From: Candidatus Melainabacteria bacterium 17Bon1m | GTDB lineage: Bacteria; Cyanobacteriota; Vampirovibrionia; Obscuribacterales; Obscuribacteraceae | NCBI GenBank assembly: GCA_032128875.1 | Contig: JAVLKG010000003.1 | Location: 449,008-513,007 of the forward strand | Length of the DNA stretch: 64,000 bases | Reading direction: 5' to 3' | In this document: positions 18,282-27,340 of the stretch, one piece after another | Position numbering within the stretch: the stretch's first letter is position 1 | Layout of the letters: each line of letters starts with the position of its first letter | The notes under the pieces: model-generated | Told to the model about the DNA's origin: nothing | Database searches by the model: none | Seen by the model: only the letters and a program-made list of their open reading frames with translations | Position numbers and translations under genes: made by a program

Positions 18282-19520
18282 GTGCAAAGACGCATGTCTG
18301 GACAGAATCTTGGACCCGAATCGGGACTTAAGCCGGGAATGGGCATGGGTTTGAAGCTGGAATTGGATCATGTCATTGTTTCTCTAAAGAAACGGATCCT
18401 GATTCCAGGTCTTATTCTTGTCGGCGTTTTGATCTGGTTCAGCCTTTGTAGAGCCTTTTATGAGAGCTACTGGACAGGCACCGTCCATCGCGTTCAAACC
18501 GTCGACTTCAATCTTTTGCACCACACGCTGCCGAGTACTCTTTCGCAGCTGATTGTTTCCGGTCGCGACGACCAAATTCAGCGTGTGCTGGATTCAACCT
18601 ATGGACTCTTTGGGCTGGTGATTACCGACCCGACGGGCAATTCTATTCTTTATCAAACGGACAAGGTCTACCGCCGTAAGTCCTGGCAGAAGCGCCTTAG
18701 CCCGGAGAATCTCAAGACAGAGACTGAGCCTTACGACCTGCTTACGGACCCGCCGCCCATCAGTGCTGCTTACGAGCACAAATCGCCCAGATCTTCTGGC
18801 GCCGTGAAAGTGGAAGGCGAAAGTCGGCCAAGTCGTGTGCTGGGCCGTATCTATTACATGCGTTCTTACCCGCCAACATTGCTTGAAGATTTGAATAACT
18901 TCCTGACCACTGGATTCTGGGAATTGTCCGGCTCCAAGCGCGGTTATCTCTTCATCACTTTGTCATCGATTTTCTTCTGCCTGGTTGTCGTGCTGCTCAT
19001 CTGGTTGAGGCGTCGCGGCATCGAGTTGAAAGAGAAGGAACTCGAGCATATTCAAAAAGAGCTTGAAATCAGACAGCGCGCTCTTGCTCATTTATCGGGC
19101 GAGCTGGCCAATCAGAAGACCAGAAAAGCTTGGTTGGAAAAAGAAGCCGAACAATCATATAAACGTGCGCTCGGACTAAAACAATCTCTGGAGCGTCTGA
19201 GAGATTCACTGGCATTGGTCAGTGGGCAGCAAATTACAGTCCAGCAGGCGGAAAACCTTGATCCGCATCAAATGGTGAAGGTGCGCCCTCCCGTGCATCC
19301 GCCCAGCGCTTTGCTAGAGGAAATTGAACTGTTGATTCCGGCGCTTTCCGACAATGCCAAGGCGCTCCGCTCACAAGCAGGTTTGTTGCAAGACTATTGT
19401 CAGATTCTCGAGAACCGACAGGTTGAGATGCACCAGCTCGTGGAAAACGCTTACAACAGAGCGCAACAAGTTTCCGATCGATTTATTGACATGCGTCCTG
19501 GCACGACCGTTAACAACTGA
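18282..19520 (+). CDS. Hypothetical membrane protein (TM, periplasmic domain, TM, coiled coil)
   Basis: Two TM helices flank an extracytoplasmic domain (RVQTVDFNLLHHTLP); cytoplasmic coiled coil; the true start may be a downstream ATG (about 18339). Confidence 0.75.
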   Translation: MQRRMSGQNLGPESGLKPGMGMGLKLELDHVIVSLKKRILIPGLILVGVLIWFSLCRAFYESYWTGTVHRVQTVDFNLLHHTLPSTLSQLIVSGRDDQIQRVLDSTYGLFGLVITDPTGNSILYQTDKVYRRKSWQKRLSPENLKTETEPYDLLTDPPPISAAYEHKSPRSSGAVKVEGESRPSRVLGRIYYMRSYPPTLLEDLNNFLTTGFWELSGSKRGYLFITLSSIFFCLVVVLLIWLRRRGIELKEKELEHIQKELEIRQRALAHLSGELANQKTRKAWLEKEAEQSYKRALGLKQSLERLRDSLALVSGQQITVQQAENLDPHQMVKVRPPVHPPSALLEEIELLIPALSDNAKALRSQAGLLQDYCQILENRQVEMHQLVENAYNRAQQVSDRFIDMRPGTTVNN

Positions 19521-19769
19521 GCACGGCGGGCAATTAAATACTGTAACCGCGTATGTCTCTTGATTTCGTGTTGTTGCTTAGTATTTGGCTGACTATAAGT
19601 AGGCCATGATAAGCTAATGGCTGTGGGACTAACGCCGCCCGCATCCCGTGATTATATAAGTGGGATGGGTAGGTGATTTAGCATGTAGCCCGCGCAATGC
19701 GAGCTTTTTCTGGCCGACTCGTTTTAGAGTCCCGGAAGAACCCTGGAGTATCTGGAGCAAGAGGAAATA

Positions 19770-22700
19770 ATGAAACCAGCCTCCGGTAAGAAACTGACGC
19801 TGTCGCTGAATTCCTTGCAGGAATCGAGCAGCGAGCCCGTCTATCGCCGTGGTGTGCAGTACTATCGCCGCAAAAAGGTTCTTAAGTACGAAGAGACCGA
19901 GGGCGGTCAGAAGATTGATGCTCTCGTCATTGGCTCGGAGCCGCAGCCGTATAAGGTTCATGTCGAGATCGAGTCGGAAGAAGTTTTCAAAGCCGAATGC
20001 TCCTGCCCATATTTCGAAGAAGTCTGCAAGCACTCAGTGGCAGTTATTCTTACGCATATTGCTCGTGGCAATCCCGGCATAAGATTTGATCTGGCGGAAA
20101 ACGACAGAGGGCGCGACAATCAGCAAGAGCGGGCGCCGAAAGCTAAAGATATGCTCGATGACGCCAAGGGCGCCGAGCCTGATCCTGATGATCAGCGCCA
20201 TCAACTAGGCGTTTTGGTTTTGGAAAAACCACTTGCTTTGATCGTCGGAACCGTGCCGCAAGAGAAGCAAGGCAAGGTCAACATTCTCAAAGTGCCACCG
20301 GAGTTTTTGAATGTTCTCGAGCCCGAGTCCAGAATTTATCGGCTCACAAAATATTTGACTCAATTGCCTCAGACCACCAAGGGCATTGCCGGTGGGCATC
20401 GCATTCCTCGCGGCGATGAAGGCACCGTAATCGGACATTTGAGCCTGTGCAGCAAGCTAGTTAACACCGCAGACGGCAGCGAAGTAAGTTTTTCAAACAA
20501 AGTAATCAAGCCGCTTGCCGTCCTTTCCGAGACGGAAAGTGGTGAGCTGCTGTTGAAACTGGAAGCACGCGACGAAGAAGGCAATTCGCTTGAGCATCCG
20601 GTGTTTTTCCTTGGGCAAAGCAGCTGGGTAATGTCCAAGCATACGTTTTACAGTATTGATTTAAGCGCTATCCATCGGCTTTTCCAATTCTTTGACGCAC
20701 ACGGTCAAATGACGGTGAAGTTGGAAATTGTTCCGAAATTTCTGGCTGTGGATTTGCCGATTTTGCAAAAACGCATGGACGTGCGTCTTGACGAGACCAC
20801 CGCACCGTTTCCTGTTGCTGTCACCGATGCACCTCGCGTCGTTATCAAGCTCGGCGAGCGCAAAGGTGTCCCGACAACTGCGATCGGCAGTGGCCCTAAT
20901 GATGTGTCGCTCGAAGTTTCGCTGTCGTTTGGATATGGCGCGCTTGTTTTGCCTTCGCGTGATGAGACAAGTGCGGTAGAGGCCGAACTCTATACCCGTA
21001 CGATGTCGGAGACCGGACAGAGCGTTTGGGTGAAGCGCCAATGGGAGTTGGAGCACCAGGTGCGCCGCTTCCTGAGCAACTTGCAGCCCACTCGCACGAT
21101 TGCGGATCGTTTCTTCTTTGCTGACGAAGCAGCGCTGGATGCTCTCTATTACTTGTCCTCCGAGCAGTGTGCGGAGTGGGAAGTCGCCGGCATTGACGCG
21201 CTGAAAAATTACAAGGTCCGCAAAGAGCCGCTTAAGCTCAAAGCGAAGCTGTCACTTAAGAAAGACTCTTTCAAGTTCGATTTCGATCTCGATTGCTCTT
21301 CCAATGGCGAAGCAATTCCCTTTCCGCTCGTTATCGAGTCACTTTTCCGCAACCGCAATTACCTTAAGTTGTCTTCCGGCGAATGCGTCAGATTGCCGAT
21401 GACGACACTTTTGAGCCTGCTCAAAACCATCGGTCAGAGCAAAGATACATCGCGACCGCTTTACCAGGCGTTGCCGATTGCGCACGCACTCGAAACGCAT
21501 GAAATTGAAATCGATGCGGATCAAGGTTTCCAAAACTTTCTGCAGAAGATTCACAATTTCAGAGAGCTTGAAGGAATTGAGCTTCCTGAGTCGTTTGATG
21601 GTGAGTTGCGAACGTATCAGAAGGAAGGCTTCAACTGGCTTTCCTTCCTGCGTGAATACGGACTTGCTGGAATTCTCGCTGATGACATGGGTCTCGGTAA
21701 AACTGTTCAAGCACTTGCGCTGCTTCTCGATCACCACAAAGACGGCAAAAAGAAAATGCCATCAATTGTGGTGGCGCCAACTTCTGTTGTGTACAACTGG
21801 TTGAGCGAGGCAGAACGCTTCACGCCCAAACTCAAAAAGGCACTTTTCCTTGGTCGCGATCGGGGCGAACTTTTGAAGACCCTTCAAAAGGACAATGCCA
21901 AAAAGCCGGATGTGATCTTCACCACATACGGTATCATCCGTCGAGATTATGAAACGCTGAAAGATTTGCAGTTCGAGTTTCTCATCCTCGACGAAGCGCA
22001 GAACATCAAAAATCCGGAATCGGTTGGTGCGATTGCAGCGAAGAGCTTGAAGTCCTTCCACCGATTGGCACTTTCCGGTACGCCTGTAGAGAACAGACTG
22101 AAAGAACTCTGGTCTCTGTTCGACTTCTTGATGCCGGATTTCTTGAGTACCTACAAAGATTTCAACGAAACTTTCGAGCGCCCGATCGAAGCAGGTTTGG
22201 ATGGCGCCGGACAAAAACTCCGGAAGATCGTTCACCCATTTATTTTGAGAAGGCTGAAGAGCCAGGTCGAGAAGGAACTTCCGGATCGTACCGATATCAT
22301 TCATCTTTGCGAACTGGAAGACGATCAGCGTTCGCTCTATCTCGACGTTTTGGACGAATGCCGTCAGAAGGTTTTCAACGAGATTGCTTCTCGTGGCATC
22401 AAACGTTCGCAGATTTCCGTGCTCGCGGCGTTGCTTAGACTTCGTCAGGTATGTTGCGACCCACGTTTGCTCAAGAATCGCGGTGATGCTCCTGCAGCTG
22501 CGTCTGCGAAGCTCTCTGCATTCATCGCCATGATCGACGAAATCATCGATGAAGGTCACAAAATTCTTGTCTTCAGTCAATTCGTCGAAATGCTCACTCT
22601 CATTCGTGCCGAACTGGAGAAAGCTGGTATCGATTATGCGTACATCGATGGTCAGACGCCGGCGAAAGAGCGTCTTGATCGCGTTAATAACTTCAACGCC

Positions 22701-23018
22701 GATCCCAAGCTGCCGATATTTCTTATCAGCTTGAAGGCCGGTGGTACCGGTCTCAACCTGACTGGCGCCGATTACGTTATCCACTACGACCCATGGTGGA
22801 ACCCTGCGGTCGAAAATCAGGCTACCGACCGGGCGCACCGTATCGGTCAGACAAGGCATGTATTCAACTACAAGCTGATCACGCGCGGAACAGTAGAAGA
22901 GAAAATCCTTGCCCTGCAGAAGAAGAAGAAAGAACTCGCAGAGCTTGTTATGGGTGGCGACGAAAGCGTGGCTAAAGAACTCACGAAAGAAGATCTCGAA
23001 TACCTCTTCTCGTTCTAA
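19770..23018 (+). CDS. SWIM zinc finger plus SNF2-family helicase/ATPase
   Basis: SWIM CSCPYFEEVCKH; LADDMGLGKT; LDEAQ; SGTPVEN; LISLKAGGTGLNLTGAD; QATDRAHRIGQ; GAGG RBS. Confidence 0.96.
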   Translation: MKPASGKKLTLSLNSLQESSSEPVYRRGVQYYRRKKVLKYEETEGGQKIDALVIGSEPQPYKVHVEIESEEVFKAECSCPYFEEVCKHSVAVILTHIARGNPGIRFDLAENDRGRDNQQERAPKAKDMLDDAKGAEPDPDDQRHQLGVLVLEKPLALIVGTVPQEKQGKVNILKVPPEFLNVLEPESRIYRLTKYLTQLPQTTKGIAGGHRIPRGDEGTVIGHLSLCSKLVNTADGSEVSFSNKVIKPLAVLSETESGELLLKLEARDEEGNSLEHPVFFLGQSSWVMSKHTFYSIDLSAIHRLFQFFDAHGQMTVKLEIVPKFLAVDLPILQKRMDVRLDETTAPFPVAVTDAPRVVIKLGERKGVPTTAIGSGPNDVSLEVSLSFGYGALVLPSRDETSAVEAELYTRTMSETGQSVWVKRQWELEHQVRRFLSNLQPTRTIADRFFFADEAALDALYYLSSEQCAEWEVAGIDALKNYKVRKEPLKLKAKLSLKKDSFKFDFDLDCSSNGEAIPFPLVIESLFRNRNYLKLSSGECVRLPMTTLLSLLKTIGQSKDTSRPLYQALPIAHALETHEIEIDADQGFQNFLQKIHNFRELEGIELPESFDGELRTYQKEGFNWLSFLREYGLAGILADDMGLGKTVQALALLLDHHKDGKKKMPSIVVAPTSVVYNWLSEAERFTPKLKKALFLGRDRGELLKTLQKDNAKKPDVIFTTYGIIRRDYETLKDLQFEFLILDEAQNIKNPESVGAIAAKSLKSFHRLALSGTPVENRLKELWSLFDFLMPDFLSTYKDFNETFERPIEAGLDGAGQKLRKIVHPFILRRLKSQVEKELPDRTDIIHLCELEDDQRSLYLDVLDECRQKVFNEIASRGIKRSQISVLAALLRLRQVCCDPRLLKNRGDAPAAASAKLSAFIAMIDEIIDEGHKILVFSQFVEMLTLIRAELEKAGIDYAYIDGQTPAKERLDRVNNFNADPKLPIFLISLKAGGTGLNLTGADYVIHYDPWWNPAVENQATDRAHRIGQTRHVFNYKLITRGTVEEKILALQKKKKELAELVMGGDESVAKELTKEDLEYLFSF

Positions 23019-23270
23019 GTTTCTTAAAGGTAAAAAATAGACTTACCGCGATCTCAAGACTTTATTAAATGTCGGGATTTTAGCGGTTTAGAGCATTATC
23101 GGCGTTACCCTCTCGCGGGGGACGGGAATATTTAACTTGACATCATGCGGCCTATCGCCGAAATACCGGCGAAATGACCAGTAAATAAGCCGTCCTGCAA
23201 AGAACGGCCACAAGGTCAAAATTAGAGTCATGTGCTGAACTCCTGCAACGTGCCTGGAGGCGTTCTTATT

Positions 23271-23903
23271 ATGCGTAAATCAAAACTCCAAAGACGGAGC
23301 CAAACCGGCAGTATTGCTGAGTTTGCACCTGTCTTATTTATTTTCTTCATGATGATTCTATTTCCGCTCATTAACTTGATCGGTTATGGAACTGCCTGCG
23401 CTACGGTTCAATTTATTGGGACCAACTGTGCCACAGCCGCTCAAAATGCTGCTAGCTATAACGACGCATTGAGCGCAGTCGAAAACATGGCTAAAGGCTT
23501 AACAAGCTCTGGGTTTGGCAAGTTTGCCAATCTAAGTCCCACAGGTGGTTATAAGAACTGCGGCGTCGATCTCTATGTGATTGAAATCGACTATTCAAAT
23601 AACAATCGCCAGACATTCGGACCGAATACCGAATTGCCGCATGCTTACGATTCAAGCAAAATCTACGAATATCAGGCTCGTTGCAATTTCCAAATCAATC
23701 CGTTTTTGAACCTTTCAGGAGTGCCGGGAATAGGAAGCGTTCCGATCATTGGCAAGCCGAGTGCAATGGCATCTAATGCGTGCCGCAGCGCAGAGCATCC
23801 GGAAGGACTCAGCTCGATTGCTGTTGCTGCACCGCCTCTTCCAATCGTAACTCCGCCTCCTCCCCCGCCAACGACGACAGGACCCGTTTTTATCTTCCCG
23901 TAG
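23271..23903 (+). CDS. TadE-like pseudopilin with a Pro-rich tail
   Basis: GGAGG RBS; basic leader then GSIAEFAPVLFIFF hydrophobic pilin-like helix. Confidence 0.65.
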   Translation: MRKSKLQRRSQTGSIAEFAPVLFIFFMMILFPLINLIGYGTACATVQFIGTNCATAAQNAASYNDALSAVENMAKGLTSSGFGKFANLSPTGGYKNCGVDLYVIEIDYSNNNRQTFGPNTELPHAYDSSKIYEYQARCNFQINPFLNLSGVPGIGSVPIIGKPSAMASNACRSAEHPEGLSSIAVAAPPLPIVTPPPPPPTTTGPVFIFP

Positions 23904-23975
23904 GAAGAAACGGCTCTTTCATCATGACTTTAGTTTCTGACCAGCCTGTTCGCATAATCAGGCTGGTCAGTCTAT

Positions 23976-24890
23976 TTATGGGAGTTTTAAGGTTGCGCCG
24001 GGAGATGCTGCAGTGATCGATACACTCATTGGTGCATTTAATTGTTCGCCACCAGTGCTTACCTTCGTCGTTGAAATCATTTGAACTGCTGATGGCAGGA
24101 ACTTACATTTCGTAAAATCGTTGCCTGCTTCAGGTCCCGCAGTCATGAGCTTTCGGAATACACTATTGGAAGTAAGTCTTGCCGGAGAAATTGTGTTCTT
24201 TGCCGACGCTGGCAAGGAGCAAAAGTCGAATTTCAAGTCGTCGTCTGGTGCAGGCAGTTTTGCATTAATGTTGGGAAGATAGACGAAGCTTTTGGGTGTA
24301 ATGTATTTCTCTTGAGAATCGAATTCTCTCAAGTCCGGCAGTCCTTCAGCTGAAGTGAGATTTGTAAGGACGCCATCGATGTAGCCTGCATCAACGGTCT
24401 TTACTTTCATCGCTCCGGCAGTCACTCCGGGTAACTTCAGCTCATTTCCACTGGCAGAAGTCTCTGCGATTTGATTCGCACTTTTTTGCAAGTCTTTCAT
24501 GATTAGGACTGTTAGCTCTTTGCGCTCGTCTTCAATTAGGCGAGCTGATTGTCTTGCTTCATCGAGCAGCTGTAATGCAATCGGTTTCATTCGCTGGTGG
24601 TGCGCAATTGCTTCATCAAGCGCTGACCTGGAAGAGAATACGAGTTCTCTAGAAAACTCAGTCATGTTGTTCATTTGACCGACCCAGTCGTCTTTGTTTA
24701 TGGCATTTGCCATCTCAAGTGAAAGATTCTCGACCTGGCTCTGTGTGCGTTTTTGAGACATCATCATCATCGATACAACGATTCCGATTCCCAGCACTCC
24801 GACTACTATTACGATTACAAGGACGACAACCATCAACATGTTTCCGCGTCGATTTCGTTGACTCGCTGTAGGTGATTTTGACGTAGACAT
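23976..24890 (-). CDS. TadG-like pilus assembly protein
   Basis: RRG|NMLMVVVLVIVIVVGVLGIG prepilin-like N-terminus followed by a helical segment. Confidence 0.55.
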   Translation of the reverse strand: MSTSKSPTASQRNRRGNMLMVVVLVIVIVVGVLGIGIVVSMMMMSQKRTQSQVENLSLEMANAINKDDWVGQMNNMTEFSRELVFSSRSALDEAIAHHQRMKPIALQLLDEARQSARLIEDERKELTVLIMKDLQKSANQIAETSASGNELKLPGVTAGAMKVKTVDAGYIDGVLTNLTSAEGLPDLREFDSQEKYITPKSFVYLPNINAKLPAPDDDLKFDFCSLPASAKNTISPARLTSNSVFRKLMTAGPEAGNDFTKCKFLPSAVQMISTTKVSTGGEQLNAPMSVSITAASPGATLKLP

Positions 24891-24892
24891 AA

Positions 24893-25525
24893 TTAGAATC
24901 CGTAATTCATGTATTGCTGGCGGCCCGCTGGTTCGGAGCGTATGCTCAGAGTTGCAAGACTTGGAGAAAATTGCCCGGGGACGGCGGTAAAATTCCGAAA
25001 TCCGTGTTTTTGCATACCCTGGATAAAGAGATCAAATGAGTCCTTCGGCACCACAATTGATCTCAGCGGCATCTTGTTGAGATACAAATCGAGATAGATT
25101 CGTATCGTGGCATTCACTGCAGCGCTAATTTCTTCCTGGTTTGAAGAACTACTTGTTGTAATCCTTATAGTTCCTGTCGTCCCGGGTTTCAGGACCAGCT
25201 GTTTATACCGTCGCAAACCAAGTGCACGGGAGTGACTGTAATACAGGTGTTCGTACAGCGTCTCAGGAATTGCCGCGTCAGGTTCAGCACCGCGTTTTTG
25301 CAATTCCCTATCCACATCGCTGGGATCGAGTACGTTTTGCTCAAAATAGATTGATGATCTTATTAGCGGACTTAACTTGGAGTTCGGATAGTTCAAGCAT
25401 GGCTCGACCACCTTGGTCATTATCTGCACCACCCAATCTGCAGTGCCCGCTTTTGCCGGATCTCCCAGCACAAAAAAGACACTCAATACAAGTGCGAGAA
25501 TTCGTAGCATCCGATAGCGAAACAT
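24893..25525 (-). CDS. Hypothetical exported protein
   Basis: Signal peptide ending PAKA; abuts the downstream gene (2-nt gap). Confidence 0.7.
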   Translation of the reverse strand: MFRYRMLRILALVLSVFFVLGDPAKAGTADWVVQIMTKVVEPCLNYPNSKLSPLIRSSIYFEQNVLDPSDVDRELQKRGAEPDAAIPETLYEHLYYSHSRALGLRRYKQLVLKPGTTGTIRITTSSSSNQEEISAAVNATIRIYLDLYLNKMPLRSIVVPKDSFDLFIQGMQKHGFRNFTAVPGQFSPSLATLSIRSEPAGRQQYMNYGF

Positions 25526-25622
25526 GTTTTTGCGAAATCTCTTTGGATTTGCGTGTAGAGTCTACACGAGTTTAGAGAGTTGCAACCGCAGTTTCAAGCT
25601 GCCGAGAGGTTTGGTCGGGTGC

Positions 25623-26900
25623 TTACCACCAGCCGAAAAGCAATGTGTACACGACTGCGCGGTTGTAATTTGGAATTTTGTAGCCCTGTGGAGTGGTGTC
25701 GCAAGTCTGGTACAGAATGTTATCGAGTCTCACCGCGTTGGTCCACGGAACGAAGCTCTGTAGGAAGGCGATGCCAGCGGCCCAGTACGGACCAGACAAG
25801 GATGTTCCACTTGCGTTCATGATGGCAGCCGGCGTTCCGGTGACAACGGAAATGTTGGTGCCGGGTGCGCCAGCTTTAAAAGGACCGGTATTAGAAAAGG
25901 CTGCTACTTGATTGTTTTCATCGTAGGCCTGAACACGTCTCAAATATTGTTCTGGAGTTGGGTCGACCAAACCGCTGTTTCCGGAACCGTTAACAATCAA
26001 ATCGCCTCGTTTACGTGCAGCTTTTGCAATTTCTTGAATGACTGCAGAACCGTTAAAGGTGGGAAGTGTCGGGTTATTGATACTTACGTTGATGACGCCG
26101 GGACCGCCCCTGAGATTTTGATTGTCGACACACCAAGTCATAGCGCGTAAAACGTCCATCGTGTCGATTGACGCACCGTCATTGGAAATTCGGCAGCAAG
26201 TAACTTTGACTGGCAAGTTGTGGGAGGAAGCACCGGAAATGAATGTGGAATTGTGAGTTCTGGCTGCCATGATTGAAGATACAGCTGTCCCGTGAACCCC
26301 TGAATCAAAAGGAGTTTCAGCTGTTCCGGTGGCGCCGCCAGCGAAATTGTACTGGCGAATATTGGTCATTTCTTCGCCTTCGGTGATCAGGTTATTACCT
26401 GAGTCGATGAGCGTTACGCGGGCCGGACCGCGTTGACCGATGCCGAGCAACTTAAGGGTGCAACGTGCATCATTCCAGTTCATCGCGGAGAGCGCCCACT
26501 GATCAGGGTATTCTGGATCATTTGGAACGCAACTGGGCCTGGGAGGCCAATTGAAGAAGCCAATTAGCCTGGATTGAAAAGTTGCCTCAGTAGACAAAAT
26601 ATTCGGGTCGACTTGCCCGTTGAATTTAGCAATGGCGCCGTTCACGTCGCCATTGTTGGGGCGGACCTGCAAGATGGAGAAGCCGCCGGTCACACAAGGA
26701 ACCTCGCTCAATATCGTGCAACCAGCATCGGTGAGCGATTTCTTTGCGGAAGCAACGTCCCCGCCTGCTTGTGTGCAGACCAATACAGTGTCATTGGCCG
26801 CCTCTGCGCTCGGCATTAATGGAAATGCGCTCAACAGCAGAACCGCTGATACCTTAATGGCGGTTTGTCTAACTCTCTTCCACGAATTTGCATTCAACAT
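25623..26900 (-). CDS. Secreted S8 (subtilisin-like) serine peptidase
   Basis: Catalytic triad IDSG, HGTAVS and SGTSLSGP; oxyanion SGN; NDPEYPDQW; signal peptide AEA and propeptide. Confidence 0.9.
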   Translation of the reverse strand: MLNANSWKRVRQTAIKVSAVLLLSAFPLMPSAEAANDTVLVCTQAGGDVASAKKSLTDAGCTILSEVPCVTGGFSILQVRPNNGDVNGAIAKFNGQVDPNILSTEATFQSRLIGFFNWPPRPSCVPNDPEYPDQWALSAMNWNDARCTLKLLGIGQRGPARVTLIDSGNNLITEGEEMTNIRQYNFAGGATGTAETPFDSGVHGTAVSSIMAARTHNSTFISGASSHNLPVKVTCCRISNDGASIDTMDVLRAMTWCVDNQNLRGGPGVINVSINNPTLPTFNGSAVIQEIAKAARKRGDLIVNGSGNSGLVDPTPEQYLRRVQAYDENNQVAAFSNTGPFKAGAPGTNISVVTGTPAAIMNASGTSLSGPYWAAGIAFLQSFVPWTNAVRLDNILYQTCDTTPQGYKIPNYNRAVVYTLLFGWW

Positions 26901-27340
26901 GATCTGCTACTCCGCATAGGCTTCGCGTTTCCGCTAGGCTACTTCGCCGCGTTAGGAACTGGTTTCAAAAAGCCAAAGTACAAGTACTTTGTGACTGACC
27001 GGGGTCAGACCGCTCTTCGATTTTCGTGCCAAATGTTAGTAACTGAGGAGACTTAGCGGTTCAAAACGCTAATGTGGAATCTTGTCCGCAACTCTCCACG
27101 TAAAACGATTTTAGAACGTCACGGGAGAGTCATCAAGATACTGAGTTTCGGCACGGCTGACAGGTAAGGTTATTACCTATAAGCGACTATGCCCATGCAA
27201 AATGAGGCGGTATCGGTTTTGTACCGAAAAGAGGAACATCAATTTTCGATTTAATATCCAATCCGTGAGGATCGGATTTAACCCATTATTCGCTGAATTA
27301 ATGTGGGAATAAGGTCAGTAGCCTCAAACGTGCCAATTCT

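Noticed and set aside
21762-22859. 365-aa antisense ORF inside the SNF2 gene
   Set aside because: Lies entirely opposite a highly conserved helicase core and has no recognisable motifs; a typical antisense shadow ORF
27017-27031. Sigma-54-like promoter TGGCACG on the minus strand
   Set aside because: The -12 element reads TCGA rather than TTGC
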